A DNA stretch of 64,000 bases, taken from NCBI GenBank assembly GCA_010093605.1, contig MU004195.1:248001-312000 (forward strand), written 5' to 3'. Below the pieces are notes generated by a model. That model was not told the origin of the DNA and ran no database searches. It saw only the letters and a program-made list of their open reading frames with translations. This DNA comes from Lophium mytilinum. Lineage: Eukaryota. The position numbers and the translations under genes are program-made. Positions 37,166 through 47,670 of the stretch are shown one piece after another (the stretch's first letter is position 1; each line of letters begins with the position of its first letter).

Positions 37166-38872
37166 ATGGGTAACGAGCAGGACATCTCCCCCGTCCACAC
37201 CACCCAGTCTGCCCGCGATGAGGCCCACGAAACTGCGGGGAACAAGGCCGCCCATGAGGTTATTGCCAATGCTCGCGCCGCCACTGACAAGGAGCACTCT
37301 ATGTCTTTGATGCAGGGCATTAGGTTGTACCCCAAGGCAGTTGCTTGGAGCATGCTCATTTCCACCTGCATCGCCATGGAGGGCTACGACGTGTGCCTCA
37401 TCTCCAATTTCTACGCCTTCCCGCAGTTCAGGAAAAAGTACGGCAAGCAGCTCTCTGATGGTACCTATCAAATCACTGCTCCATGGCAGGCAGGATTGAG
37501 CAACGGTGCAAATGTGGGTGAGATCATAGGATTGTTTATAAATGGCTGGGCGAGCGAGCGCTTCGGATACAGGTACACTGTAATGACCTGCCTGACTCTC
37601 ATCATCGCCTTTACTGCCATCTTCTTCACCGCGCAGAACGTCGAAACGCTACAGGTAGCCGAGATTCTTTGCGGTATCCCATGGGGCGTCTTCCAGACCC
37701 TCACCATCACCTATGCGTCCGAGGTGTGCCCAGTCGCCCTCCGCGGCTTTCTCACCACCTATGTCAACTTCTGCTGGGGTCTCGGCCAGGTCATCGGCAT
37801 CGGGGTCATCAAGGGCATGCTTCCCCGAGATGATCAGTGGAGTTATCGTATCCCATACGCCTTGCAATGGATGTGGCCCGTCCCTCTCCTCATCGGCATC
37901 TATCTCGCCCCGGAGTCTCCCTGGTGGCTTGTCCGCAAGAACCGCACCGATGATGCCAAGCGCTCGCTCTTACGATTGACTTCCCTGAACCGCGAGACTG
38001 ACTTCGACGCGGACGAGACCGTCGCCATGATGGTGCACACGACCGCCCTTGAGGAGAAAATCACCGCCGGCGCCTCTTACTTCGACTGCTTTCGGGGCAC
38101 CGACCTACGGCGCACCGAGATCGTCTGCATGGTCTGGGGGATTCAGAATCTCTGCGGCAACTCCTTCTCCGGGTACAGCACCTACTTCCTCGAGCAGGCT
38201 GGTCTGGATACCTCGACCGCGTACGACTTCGCGCTGGGCCAATATGGCATCAACATGGCCGGCGTCTTCGGTGCCTGGTACCTAATGTCTCTCGGCATTG
38301 GCCGTAGAACGCTATATCTTTATGGGCTTTGCGGACTCTGCACCATGCTCTTCATCCTCGGCTTCCTGGGACTAGTCCCGCACGCGCACCGCAAGGAAGC
38401 CAGTCTCGCCACCGGCAGTATCATGCTAGTCTGGGCCCTCTTCTACCAGCTCACCGTCGGTACCGTCTGCTACTCCCTCGTCGCCGAGCTTTCCACGCGC
38501 CGTCTGCAGATTAAAACCGTCGTCCTCGGCCGCAATCTCTACAACATTGTCGGCATAATCTGCTCGGTTCTGACGCCTTACATGCTCAACCCCACTGAGT
38601 GGAACTGGAGCAACTACGCCGGCTTCTTTTGGGGTGGCATCTGCTTCCTGTGCATTATCTATACGTACTTCAGAATCCCCGAACCGAGGGGAAGGACGTT
38701 TGCGGAGCTGGATGTGCTGTTTGAGAAGGGTGTGAGTGCGAGGAACTTTGCTAGTACGACGGTCGATGTGTTTGAGGAGGATGTTGGGAGGGGTGGGTTG
38801 ATTACCGAGTATGAGGGGAAGTTGGAGGGGACACTGCATGAGGAGAGGGTTGGGAGGGGCGACAAAGTATGA
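37166..38872 (+). CDS. Alpha-glucoside (maltose/trehalose):H+ symporter, Mal31/Agt1-like
   Basis: LYPKAVAWS, MEGYD, YASEVCPVALRG, PESPWWLVRK, RRTEI, PEPRGRTFAELDVLF; single exon, 568 aa. Confidence 0.93.
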   Translation: MGNEQDISPVHTTQSARDEAHETAGNKAAHEVIANARAATDKEHSMSLMQGIRLYPKAVAWSMLISTCIAMEGYDVCLISNFYAFPQFRKKYGKQLSDGTYQITAPWQAGLSNGANVGEIIGLFINGWASERFGYRYTVMTCLTLIIAFTAIFFTAQNVETLQVAEILCGIPWGVFQTLTITYASEVCPVALRGFLTTYVNFCWGLGQVIGIGVIKGMLPRDDQWSYRIPYALQWMWPVPLLIGIYLAPESPWWLVRKNRTDDAKRSLLRLTSLNRETDFDADETVAMMVHTTALEEKITAGASYFDCFRGTDLRRTEIVCMVWGIQNLCGNSFSGYSTYFLEQAGLDTSTAYDFALGQYGINMAGVFGAWYLMSLGIGRRTLYLYGLCGLCTMLFILGFLGLVPHAHRKEASLATGSIMLVWALFYQLTVGTVCYSLVAELSTRRLQIKTVVLGRNLYNIVGIICSVLTPYMLNPTEWNWSNYAGFFWGGICFLCIIYTYFRIPEPRGRTFAELDVLFEKGVSARNFASTTVDVFEEDVGRGGLITEYEGKLEGTLHEERVGRGDKV

Positions 38873-40103
38873 TGATTGAAGATGGTTATTATGATTATTG
38901 CTAGTGGGAGACGTTCGGAGGCATTGTGAATAGTGGGAGGTTTCTTTGAGGAGGGTGTATAGCATAGCGTCAGATTTGAATCTAGAAATTCCTAGCTACT
39001 TCCTTTCACGATGCTTGTTGCTCTTCAATAACCTTTCTTGGCCTATCTTCGTTCCAGTCTACAGAAAATGCGGATAGGAAAGTTAGAGGCGGAAGCGTTG
39101 AATGGGATAGGCTTCTGCTCAGTATGTTCTCCGTGACAGCAGGGAAAGGCGTAGAGCTTGAGATTTGATTATCAAACCACGGAAGTTCTGAAAAATAGCT
39201 GATACGTAGTACATAAAGCGAACGGGAGGATTGAATGCAAATCCATTATAAGTGCATAGGTCGCTAACCAGTTTTGGTTACATCCGATGTCCGAGCTCAA
39301 TTCTTAACCTTCACGTCGTTTCTCCATCGCGTTCTTACTACTACCACCACCTGCGAGAATACTGGATAGGCCATTTCCATGTCCGATGGCCCCCATTCAA
39401 TGATTATATCTCTCGCGATTGAATTGCGAAGTGACTGTTCCATATACTCCAACCCTTTGTTGGTAATGCTGTCACACGGGTTCAGCCCTCCCAGCTGCTT
39501 CATCTAATTCGTTTCATTTCTATTTCTCATGTTAATCTCCATTCGCACACCTCAAATCTCACTACATTATCGTACTTGTTGCAAGCAATCTGCACGGCTC
39601 GAACGGTGGGGCAAGTAACGGCATCGACATGCCCCTAAAGCTACACACGAACGTCAAACTCCGTAGAGATTGCGTAGAGACACCAAACTTCTAAAGCTAC
39701 GATCGGATTGAAGTGCTAAGGTAAGTCTGCGAAATGAGTCTGCCGTGGATACGTCCGAGACAAAGTCGCGATGATCTCACGGTAAGCACGTGAACATTAC
39801 GTGATAGTCGCAATATCAGTATTACCACTTACTGCCCAAACTCCGGAACACCCGTTAAGAGGACTCCCAGCTTCTCTTTCCCATGAATTCAGATTCGTTG
39901 CTCTATCGTCGTCTATGAAGATCTTCGCGATAAGCTAGAGGTGCGTGTTTAGCCCGCTGTAAACCAAAAACGCGGCCACGCGGCTCTCTTTCCACAGGCG
40001 CGGTTCGGCCCCGAGCGCCATTCACAGAAACATCTTTAGCTATAGCGCCCTGAATATGGCTACATAATCTCAGTTACTTTGCCAATCCTCCAACTAACAA
40101 CTA

Positions 40104-40367
40104 GGTTTACTCAGTTGGTCTCCTCCCCCTCCGAGTCGAGCAGCGCACCAACCGAACCGGCCGACGCATTCGACAACTCGAGGAACCCTGGGTTCGATTC
40201 CCACCTCGAGAATTAGCCTCTACGGTACATGCAATAAGATAATTCTGTAACAGAATTCGTGGCTCGAGCGACGTGAGCATGTGAACCGGGCTACGGAGTA
40301 AACCCTCGTTGGGTTTCTACACCTTCCATCGGGAAGGTGGTCTTTTGCTCTTTTAATCTCTTTTTTT
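40104..40367 (+). ncRNA. Candidate Pol III-transcribed structured RNA or tRNA-derived SINE-like element
   Basis: A-box-like TTACTCAGTTGG 40107-40118; B box GGTTCGATTCC 40191-40201; several hairpins; T4, T4 and T7 runs from 40343 to 40367. Confidence 0.55.
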
Positions 40368-40766
40368 AGATCTTCTATTCTATAGCATAGATGCTGCGTA
40401 CGCGATACATCTTGTGTAAAGTGAGCGCGTTAGAGACCTAGAAGCGTAGGGCTATAAAGCGATGCAACACTAATAATCGCAATTGGCATTTACTGTTAAA
40501 AGCGAATAGAAATAGCTTATAACTGTGGATTCTTGCGCTATAGCTACTATAATCCAATTAAGTACCGATTTAAGATCCCTTTCCAAAAGAGCGATAGAGC
40601 TCGTTAGAAATCCATTATTGAAGCCTCTACCCAATGCCCACTGTCCATACCAGAGCGAGATAGTTCGCCATTCTCAGCAACCGCAACGATTCTCTCTCTA
40701 TTTCCGTCTTCCTCCAAGTCATCTTTAAACCCAAACCTCCCTTCCAAACATCCCCAAGCCCCAAAC

Positions 40767-42362
40767 TCACCCACTAATCCAACACCCATTCGATTTCCCC
40801 TTCCTTGCTCTCTTTCTCAACACCCCCACCACCGCCGTCGTAAAACTCCCCGTCCCCAGCGCCTTCACCACACTCTGCACATCCCTCTTCTCCTCCTCAC
40901 TCCACCCCTTCCCCGCCTCCCCTTGCGCCACCCCCCTCAACTGCTTAATCAACCCCTGATAAACCTCCCCCCACATCACCGCCACCCCATCCGGCACCTG
41001 CCCCAACCCCTCGGGCTGATACCCCCACTGATTCTTCCTCCTCTCATAAAACCCCTTCACAAACCCCTCCACCCCCCCAACCACCGCCTCCGCCACCTGC
41101 GCATGAAATAGCGCCTCCGCCCTCCCACTCTCCTTCGTCCGATCCAGCGTATACACGCAAAACGTCCCCGCGCTCGACACCCGAAACGCCCCCCCGCGGA
41201 ACGCTATCTCTACTGGTACGCACATCACCGCATCCGTCGCCCGCCCGGGCCCCAGCAGCACCCGCGCCACCCCCGCCGCGCTGCTCGCCCGCGCGCTCCC
41301 CAGCGGCATCATCCCCATGTCCGTGTACCACGCCAGCTGCTTCATGGCCGGCAGCGCGCGCTTCATGCGGCACCTCTCCCGTGGATACGCGCGCGCGGAC
41401 ACGCAGGCGCGCGGCCACACGCCCTCGTGGTGCGGGGGGATCGCGGCGTCGACTTTGCTAGCCACGGCGGCGGAGTGGCGGCGGGCGGCGGCGGCGACGA
41501 CGCGGTAGACGAGGACGTGCGCGAGGTCGAGGTAGTGGTTGACGTTCTCGGTGTAGACGGAGGCCGGGAAGAGGGCGGGGACGAGCTCGCCGAGGTTTTT
41601 GAGGACGTGGTTGAGGTAGGTGTAGTGGCAGGGGATGGTGGTGGGGTCGAGGAGGATGATGGGGAGGCGGAGGCGGCGGGCGTAGGTTTCGAGGGTGCGC
41701 CAGTCGGTGGTCGTGTTGGTATGGGGGTCTGGGGTGGAGGATGAGGGGAGGGAGGAGATGGAGGCGGAGATGGTGAGGGCGAGGAGGTTGTTGCGGATGG
41801 AGGGGGTGGTGCTGCTGATGAAGTGGGTGAGGGGGCGGAGGTGGGGGCCGTGGTGCCAGACGTATCTGGAGGTTATGGTGGTCTTGGAGAGCTGGGAAAG
41901 GGTGATGGTGATGTTTTTGGTGGCGGTTTTGACGGCGTCGAGGCTGGTGTCTTTGGCGGTGGAATCGCTTGTCCGGACGACGGCGAAGGTGCCGAAGAGC
42001 ACAACGTGGCCGTTGAGATGGTGTTGAGGCTTTTCGCCGGTGATGTGCTCGAGTTGCTCGACGACGCGGCCGAAGGATCGGTTTCGGGTTGATGCCAGGA
42101 AGACTGCCCCCGCTGGGAACTTTGTGCCCCTGTGATCTTCTCGTGGATGATTCTTCAGCCATTCAACTTGCACCGTGACGAAAACAAGGTCGTCTGGCTC
42201 TCCTTCAATCTCGTAAACGTGGAGGGCGTCGGCCGCGGTGATGAGATCGGAGGCATCGTGCGAGAGTTCTTGGAGGGTATCTCGGTTCTGGGAGGGGATT
42301 CTGGAGAGAGCGGCGGTCAGGGACGCGAAGCTGTTGAGCGCAGGACTTTTGAAAGAAGCCAT
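40767..42362 (-). CDS. Hypothetical protein (~530 aa), family not recognised
   Basis: Long ORF with strong third-position bias; start taken at MASFK. Confidence 0.7.
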   Translation of the reverse strand: MASFKSPALNSFASLTAALSRIPSQNRDTLQELSHDASDLITAADALHVYEIEGEPDDLVFVTVQVEWLKNHPREDHRGTKFPAGAVFLASTRNRSFGRVVEQLEHITGEKPQHHLNGHVVLFGTFAVVRTSDSTAKDTSLDAVKTATKNITITLSQLSKTTITSRYVWHHGPHLRPLTHFISSTTPSIRNNLLALTISASISSLPSSSTPDPHTNTTTDWRTLETYARRLRLPIILLDPTTIPCHYTYLNHVLKNLGELVPALFPASVYTENVNHYLDLAHVLVYRVVAAAARRHSAAVASKVDAAIPPHHEGVWPRACVSARAYPRERCRMKRALPAMKQLAWYTDMGMMPLGSARASSAAGVARVLLGPGRATDAVMCVPVEIAFRGGAFRVSSAGTFCVYTLDRTKESGRAEALFHAQVAEAVVGGVEGFVKGFYERRKNQWGYQPEGLGQVPDGVAVMWGEVYQGLIKQLRGVAQGEAGKGWSEEEKRDVQSVVKALGTGSFTTAVVGVLRKRARKGKSNGCWISG

Positions 42363-43852
42363 GATAGATGTCGTGCTGGTTATGCTGGAGATGTGTTGAG
42401 GTGCGTCTGGCAGCAGTGAGGTAGGAAAGAAAAGCACGTGGTCATGTGCTCATCTGGGGTCCGAGAGTCGGCCAGCATCGGCGATGTTAGTAGAGTACAC
42501 TATAAATCGGGGCAGAGATGGGGGACAGTAAGAATCGGCAATAGTCGGCAGCGTACACATACTACCCGAGAGTTGCTTGAAGTCTGTTCAATATTGGCTC
42601 TACAGCGACAGTTCACAAGTCTTTGTACACTCGTTCGCCGCTACTCGGGGAGCCCGCCTTACAGGATATCAAAACCTCAAGGCCGATGTCAAGTTCCACG
42701 CAGTGCAGATGAGACTGCCCTTAACTAACTGACGAGCAAGTAGCCAGGCCACCCCTCACAGTGGTGTCGAGTGAGCAAAAGTTAAGCCAAGTAGCGATGA
42801 AGCAGCCAGTAGAACAGTGAGAAGGCATGGTGGTGAATTTGTGACAAAAGAAAAAATGGTATAATATCACCGACATCACCGACATCACCAATGCTGGACC
42901 CCAACGGCGACATGGGGCTTATCCCTTAGCCGGTCGCATTTGGTTCTACGATGTCGAGAAGGATGCAGCCAACAAAAGCTTCGAGTGATGTCTGGAGCCA
43001 CAGCTGCTCTCTCCAACTCTGTGGAAGTCGTAGCCCCCCTGACCACTCGGTTGTTAGTGATGGCGGCGTCGGCGGCACGGGCAGCGAGCACCGGCCTTGG
43101 CTATAGCGGAGGTAGGAAAGTCAAGGAGGAGTTTTCGAATAGCATAGATGATTTAATTGTACAGCTAGCAAGAGTTTGAGGCTGCCACGGAAAGCGATGA
43201 TGTAGCGATGGTCTAGATAACATAACTAGCAGAGTACTCACACGCTATGCTACTACCATGGGCTATACAGAGGACGCTTAGAGAAATTGTGCGTTGAAGG
43301 AGGAAGCATTTTACAGTTCCTGGAGTTTCTATGTGATTTTACGGGAGTAAGGGAGATTATTGAGACGCAGGGCGACGATTGTACGAGTTCTGCAGCGAGG
43401 AGATAACGTCACTGGGCTGGTACGCTAGGTATGCGGCTGGGTATGCGGCACAGTAGAAGCCAGATGTTGACGTTGGTTTTAGCTAGAATACTCAACATAT
43501 CCATACCTTTTGCTACCCATCATCTTCCTTACGCCTCCCATTTTTGTCGCTCCCAGGAAGTCATGTCGCAACATCCCGCGCTCATAGATACTTCATCCGG
43601 CAACGCGCAGCCAGCGGAGAAGTAGGTGCCGGTTTCATTGTCTCCAACCTTTTCCTATCTCTTCACCATGCCTCAATCTCTCGTCCTCTTGACACCATCA
43701 ACTTGTCGAGGCAATGTGGAATGTCTACAAAAGGAATCCAATACGCGTCTTCAGCCGTCCCCCTTAGTACCTCCCCGTTGGACACCGCAACGAAGCCCGC
43801 CTTCCTGTTGCTAGTTACGCCCGGCGTACTCTCCAACGCGTTACCTAACACC

Positions 43853-44218
43853 ATGGCTAGGGCTTTTTCGGCCTTTTCCAAGCTGAACCCACTCCAGCCT
43901 GACGCTGCTTTATCGGTCGCTCCACGATCTGAGACGGAACCCAGAGCTTCAAAGACACACACATACTTCGCAGTGGCGAGAGACCCAACGAACGTAACGG
44001 AAACAACTGAAATTAAGACATTCCTAGACGCAATCGTCGTGGGCAAAGACAAGTTTGTTAACGAGGTCAAGTTGGACACAGTACGCGATTGGGGCCATTT
44101 AACGTTGGATGAAGCAGGGTTGAAAGCTGTGAAAAACTATGAAGGCATAAACGGCGTTCAGAAAGAGACCGCACTGACGAGGAACGGTGCACTCCCCACG
44201 GCGAAGGAGGCCGCGTAG
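43853..44218 (+). pseudogene. Possible gene fragment resembling a fungal subtilase pro-region
   Basis: TYFAVARDPTNVTETTEIKTFL...WGHLTLDEAGLKAVKNYEGI; no catalytic domain follows; resemblance by recall only. Confidence 0.3.
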
Positions 44219-44352
44219 TCGACGCCTTGGATGGTGACGCGATTGGGGAGAGCAGAGCGCAGGGCGTTGAGCATTGGAGGACCCGAGACGGCACCGACGT
44301 TTCCCGGTTCGGAGACGCCGCGGGCGAAGATGAGGGTTAGGTCGGTGCAGCA
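44203..44352 (-). pseudogene. Cutinase N-terminal fragment
   Basis: CTDLTLIFARGVSEPGNVG..GPP...IQGVDYAA; no signal peptide and no GYSQG nucleophile motif. Confidence 0.72.
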
Positions 44353-44590
44353 GTTTTGGTCGCCATGGTGAGGACGTTTGTGAAGATAGTCTAGTTCCAA
44401 TCTATGTCTGTTCCGCGTCGAGGTGGCTGTCGCTCAGATGCTGCTATAGATTGGTGTGTTCTATCAACTAGTGGCTGTTCACCTTGGAGACCTGCTGCGG
44501 TTATGAATACGACCTGGCGCAAAGACTATTCCTTGAGGTGGATTTTCAAGGGTAGTCGAGAGCGCACCGGACCCATCACAAGTGCGTCTT

Positions 44591-45441
44591 TCATCTCCTC
44601 TTCTTCCCATTAGCGAGTGCCCTCCTCTTCAATCTCCTGTCTTCCCATCTTGCCCAACCCGAGTCAACTAGATCCTCTTCCACGACTAGATCCCGCATCC
44701 GGAATTGCCTTGCAATGAAAGTGTCCAAGCCCCAATCAACCCAACCTGCTCGCCTTAGGTAAGTCGTGATGCCAAACCATAGTATAGCGAATATAGCACC
44801 CGCGGTACATCCTACGAGGACCTGCTTGGGAGTGTGGTAGTTTAAGTATATCCGGCTCACAGCAACAGCGGCGGCAGAAATCAGAGCTGCAATAGAGAGC
44901 AGAAGGCGCTGGAAGAAGGAGAACGGGGTGTGCGTTTCGGTGGGATTAGGTACGTGGCGGAAGAGTAGGAACATGGTCAGGGTGAGGGAGAAGAAGGTCA
45001 CGAATTGGGCGTGGGAGGAGGGCATTCCGTAGCCTTTGCCGTGCATCTCTGTAGAAGCAGTTAGTACACAAACCGGGCTATCTGAATGGATATTGAAGAA
45101 ATAGGCTTGAGTGAGGCGGCCAAAGGGCGGAGGGCGCTCTTGGAGTGCATACCGCGCGGTCTCTCCTCCTTGATCAACCTCTTCAACCCCCAGTTGACGC
45201 CCTCACATGCCATTTGCCCGGTGAACATGAGGAGTATCTCAATCTCGCGATTGGACCATATCAAGGTCGCGTAGACAATGCATAGCCCTTGCGGAACTAG
45301 GGCCAGCCAGGCGCATACGTAGGACAGGCGGTCGGCGGGGTTCTTTGCGGGAGGTTAGAGCTGGGCAGGGAGCAGGCGGGCGTCTCGTACATAGTGAACG
45401 TGTGTCAGAGACAGCGAGGCCAGCGGCGCATATTCCTCCAT
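44591..45441 (-). CDS. CAX4: Dolichyl pyrophosphate phosphatase (PAP2 family); introns 45343-45390 and 45049-45152
   Basis: LSLTHVHY|NPAD, LKRLIKEERP, GYGMPSSHAQF, SRIYLNYHTPKQV. Confidence 0.92.
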
Positions 45442-45777
45442 GATAGTGAAGGAGGGCGGAGGCGGAGAGAATGGCGGTTGCGGTGGAGGTGAGGTCGGGC
45501 GGAGCTTTATTCTACTGGTCTTGGCCTGCAGCCCGATCCCTGCTCGTGCACAGCGTCTGGCGTCACCAGAAATTGTGGCGGTGATATTTGTCTTCGATAC
45601 GGCTTAAGCCCGCCATGACTCCGACACCACCACCTCACTGCGCCTGAACACCACCTGCACAAATACCTACCTTTGCCACCTCACCCTCCCCTCCTCTCGT
45701 AATGTCATGACAGGGCCCTCCTCCCCTTGAACTCCGCACCCAAAAACCCCCACCTCCGACACTCGACATCCAGACCC

Positions 45778-47670
45778 ATGGCAGAGGACGCCGCCGACGA
45801 CGAGCGAGAAGAGGAACTGTCATCTATCAAGGCCATATACCCGGATGAACTCATATTAGATCTACACGATCCCTTTTCCGCGTCCATCGATATCCTAATT
45901 GCGCCCGCTCATCCCCTCGCCGTCGTCTTTCCCCATCCCATCGATGGCGCTCCTCCGACCACTCTTCCGCCCTCGCCCACATCTCAGCTTGGAGCTCCTC
46001 AGAGTATCCAGCCGAAGCGCGACATACACAATCTGTCATACCTGCCACCACTGCGCCTTCAGCTAACCTTGCCCGACGGCTACCCCTCCGCCGCCGCCCC
46101 AAAGTTCCGCCTGAGCACATCACCACCATGGATCCCGGAGAAGTTACTACAAAAACTGCAGAACGAGGGGTTGGGCCTGTGGGAGGAATATGGGCGCGAG
46201 CAGGTGCTCTTTTCATACATCACCCATCTGCAGGATGCGGCCGAGCGCGGCTTTGATCTAGGAGACTCTCAGGACACTGGGTTGGAACTATCATTGGACA
46301 TGAAGATCGGGCTGCTGGACTACAACATCAAGACGCAGAAGAAGGTCTTTGACCAAGGGACCTACGACTGTGGGGTTTGTCTGGAGCCGAAGAAGGGTTC
46401 TTCGTGCTACCAGTTACCACGCTGTTCGCACGTCTTTTGCGTTCAATGCTTGCAGGACTTTTATAACAACTGCATATCTTCCGGAGATGTGAACGGCGTC
46501 AAATGTCTTTCGCCGGATTGTGGTCAAGAGAAGGAGATACGAGGTGTCAGGCGCAAGAAGAAGCCAGACCGACTCCTCACGCCGAGCGAGCTACTCCAGA
46601 TTCCGCTAGAGACGGCTATGGTCCAACGATATGTCGAGATGAAGCGGAAGAAGAAGTTGGAGTCTGATAAGTCTACAATATACTGTCCACGGAGCTGGTG
46701 CCAAGCAGCTGCGCGATCCGAGAAATACCCAAAAATCACCGACCTCACTCAGATCACTGAATCCGAAGACGAAGCATCCGATGACGAGACAGCTGCACCA
46801 GAGAAAGCTGTACCCGAGAAAGATGCCAAACCGAAAGGAGCACCCGACACCGACCGCCTCGCCATTTGCGAAGACTGCAATTATGCATTCTGCCGCGTAT
46901 GTATGCAAGGCTGGCACGGCGAATTTGTGCGATGCTGGCCGCGGGATGCGTCTGAACTCACAGAAGAGGAGCGAGCTTCGATGAACTACATCCTCGCCCA
47001 TACTTCGCCTTGCCCAACATGCTCTGTTCCCTGCCAGAAATCCCACGGATGCAACCACATGTCATGCTTCCAATGCAAGACGCACTTCTGCTACTTGTGT
47101 AGTGCTTGGCTGAATGCCGACAATCCGTATGAGCATTTCAATCAAGAGGGCAGGCCTTGCTACCAGCGCCTTTGGGAGCTAGAAGAAGGAGATGACGGGA
47201 ATGGAAACGTTCGTTTCAATGGCATCCGCGGTGCTGAGGCTGCCGCTCAGAGGGCGGCACAAGCTGCTATGGATATCCAGAACCAGGAGATGGATGCTGC
47301 TGAGGATCAAGGGCGGGCACAACCTAACCATGCCAACGCTGTTGTAAATGGCTTTGAAAACCTTCAAATTGAGGACCACCAAATACCACCACCGGCGCCA
47401 GAGCCACCCGCTCCAGCTGCGCAACCAGTTGCCCAGCCAAACCGCCGCCAGGCTGCTAATCGAGAGCCTCGTGAGAACATCCGGCGCATGCCACGCATGC
47501 TTGGCCAAGAGCGAGCTGCACATGGGGGTGGTGGCCGTTACCCACGAATGGAGGCTAACCAGATGGGACTGCAGCGCTTTTTGCAGCTCGTCCGTGATGA
47601 TGAAGAGGACGAGTGGGACAGCGATGAGCTGGACGACGACGACGACGAATTTGCCATCCCAGAGCGATGA
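45778..47670 (+). CDS. ITT1: RWD-domain RBR (RING-IBR-RING) E3 ubiquitin ligase, Itt1/RNF14 family
   Basis: REEELSSIKAIYP and LPDGYPS (RWD); CGVCLE..CSHVFCVQC; IBR CPRSWC..CEDC..FCRVC; CPTC..KSHGCNHMSC..C..HFCYLC. Confidence 0.9.
   Translation: MAEDAADDEREEELSSIKAIYPDELILDLHDPFSASIDILIAPAHPLAVVFPHPIDGAPPTTLPPSPTSQLGAPQSIQPKRDIHNLSYLPPLRLQLTLPDGYPSAAAPKFRLSTSPPWIPEKLLQKLQNEGLGLWEEYGREQVLFSYITHLQDAAERGFDLGDSQDTGLELSLDMKIGLLDYNIKTQKKVFDQGTYDCGVCLEPKKGSSCYQLPRCSHVFCVQCLQDFYNNCISSGDVNGVKCLSPDCGQEKEIRGVRRKKKPDRLLTPSELLQIPLETAMVQRYVEMKRKKKLESDKSTIYCPRSWCQAAARSEKYPKITDLTQITESEDEASDDETAAPEKAVPEKDAKPKGAPDTDRLAICEDCNYAFCRVCMQGWHGEFVRCWPRDASELTEEERASMNYILAHTSPCPTCSVPCQKSHGCNHMSCFQCKTHFCYLCSAWLNADNPYEHFNQEGRPCYQRLWELEEGDDGNGNVRFNGIRGAEAAAQRAAQAAMDIQNQEMDAAEDQGRAQPNHANAVVNGFENLQIEDHQIPPPAPEPPAPAAQPVAQPNRRQAANREPRENIRRMPRMLGQERAAHGGGGRYPRMEANQMGLQRFLQLVRDDEEDEWDSDELDDDDDEFAIPER

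Noticed and set aside
40104..40211. Canonical tRNA gene
   Set aside because: The sequence upstream of the A box does not pair with the 3' acceptor strand, and I could not build D or anticodon arms
42865..42889. 9-bp microrepeat (ATCACCGAC); also 10-12-bp duplications near 47681 and 54880
   Set aside because: Too short; ordinary slippage products
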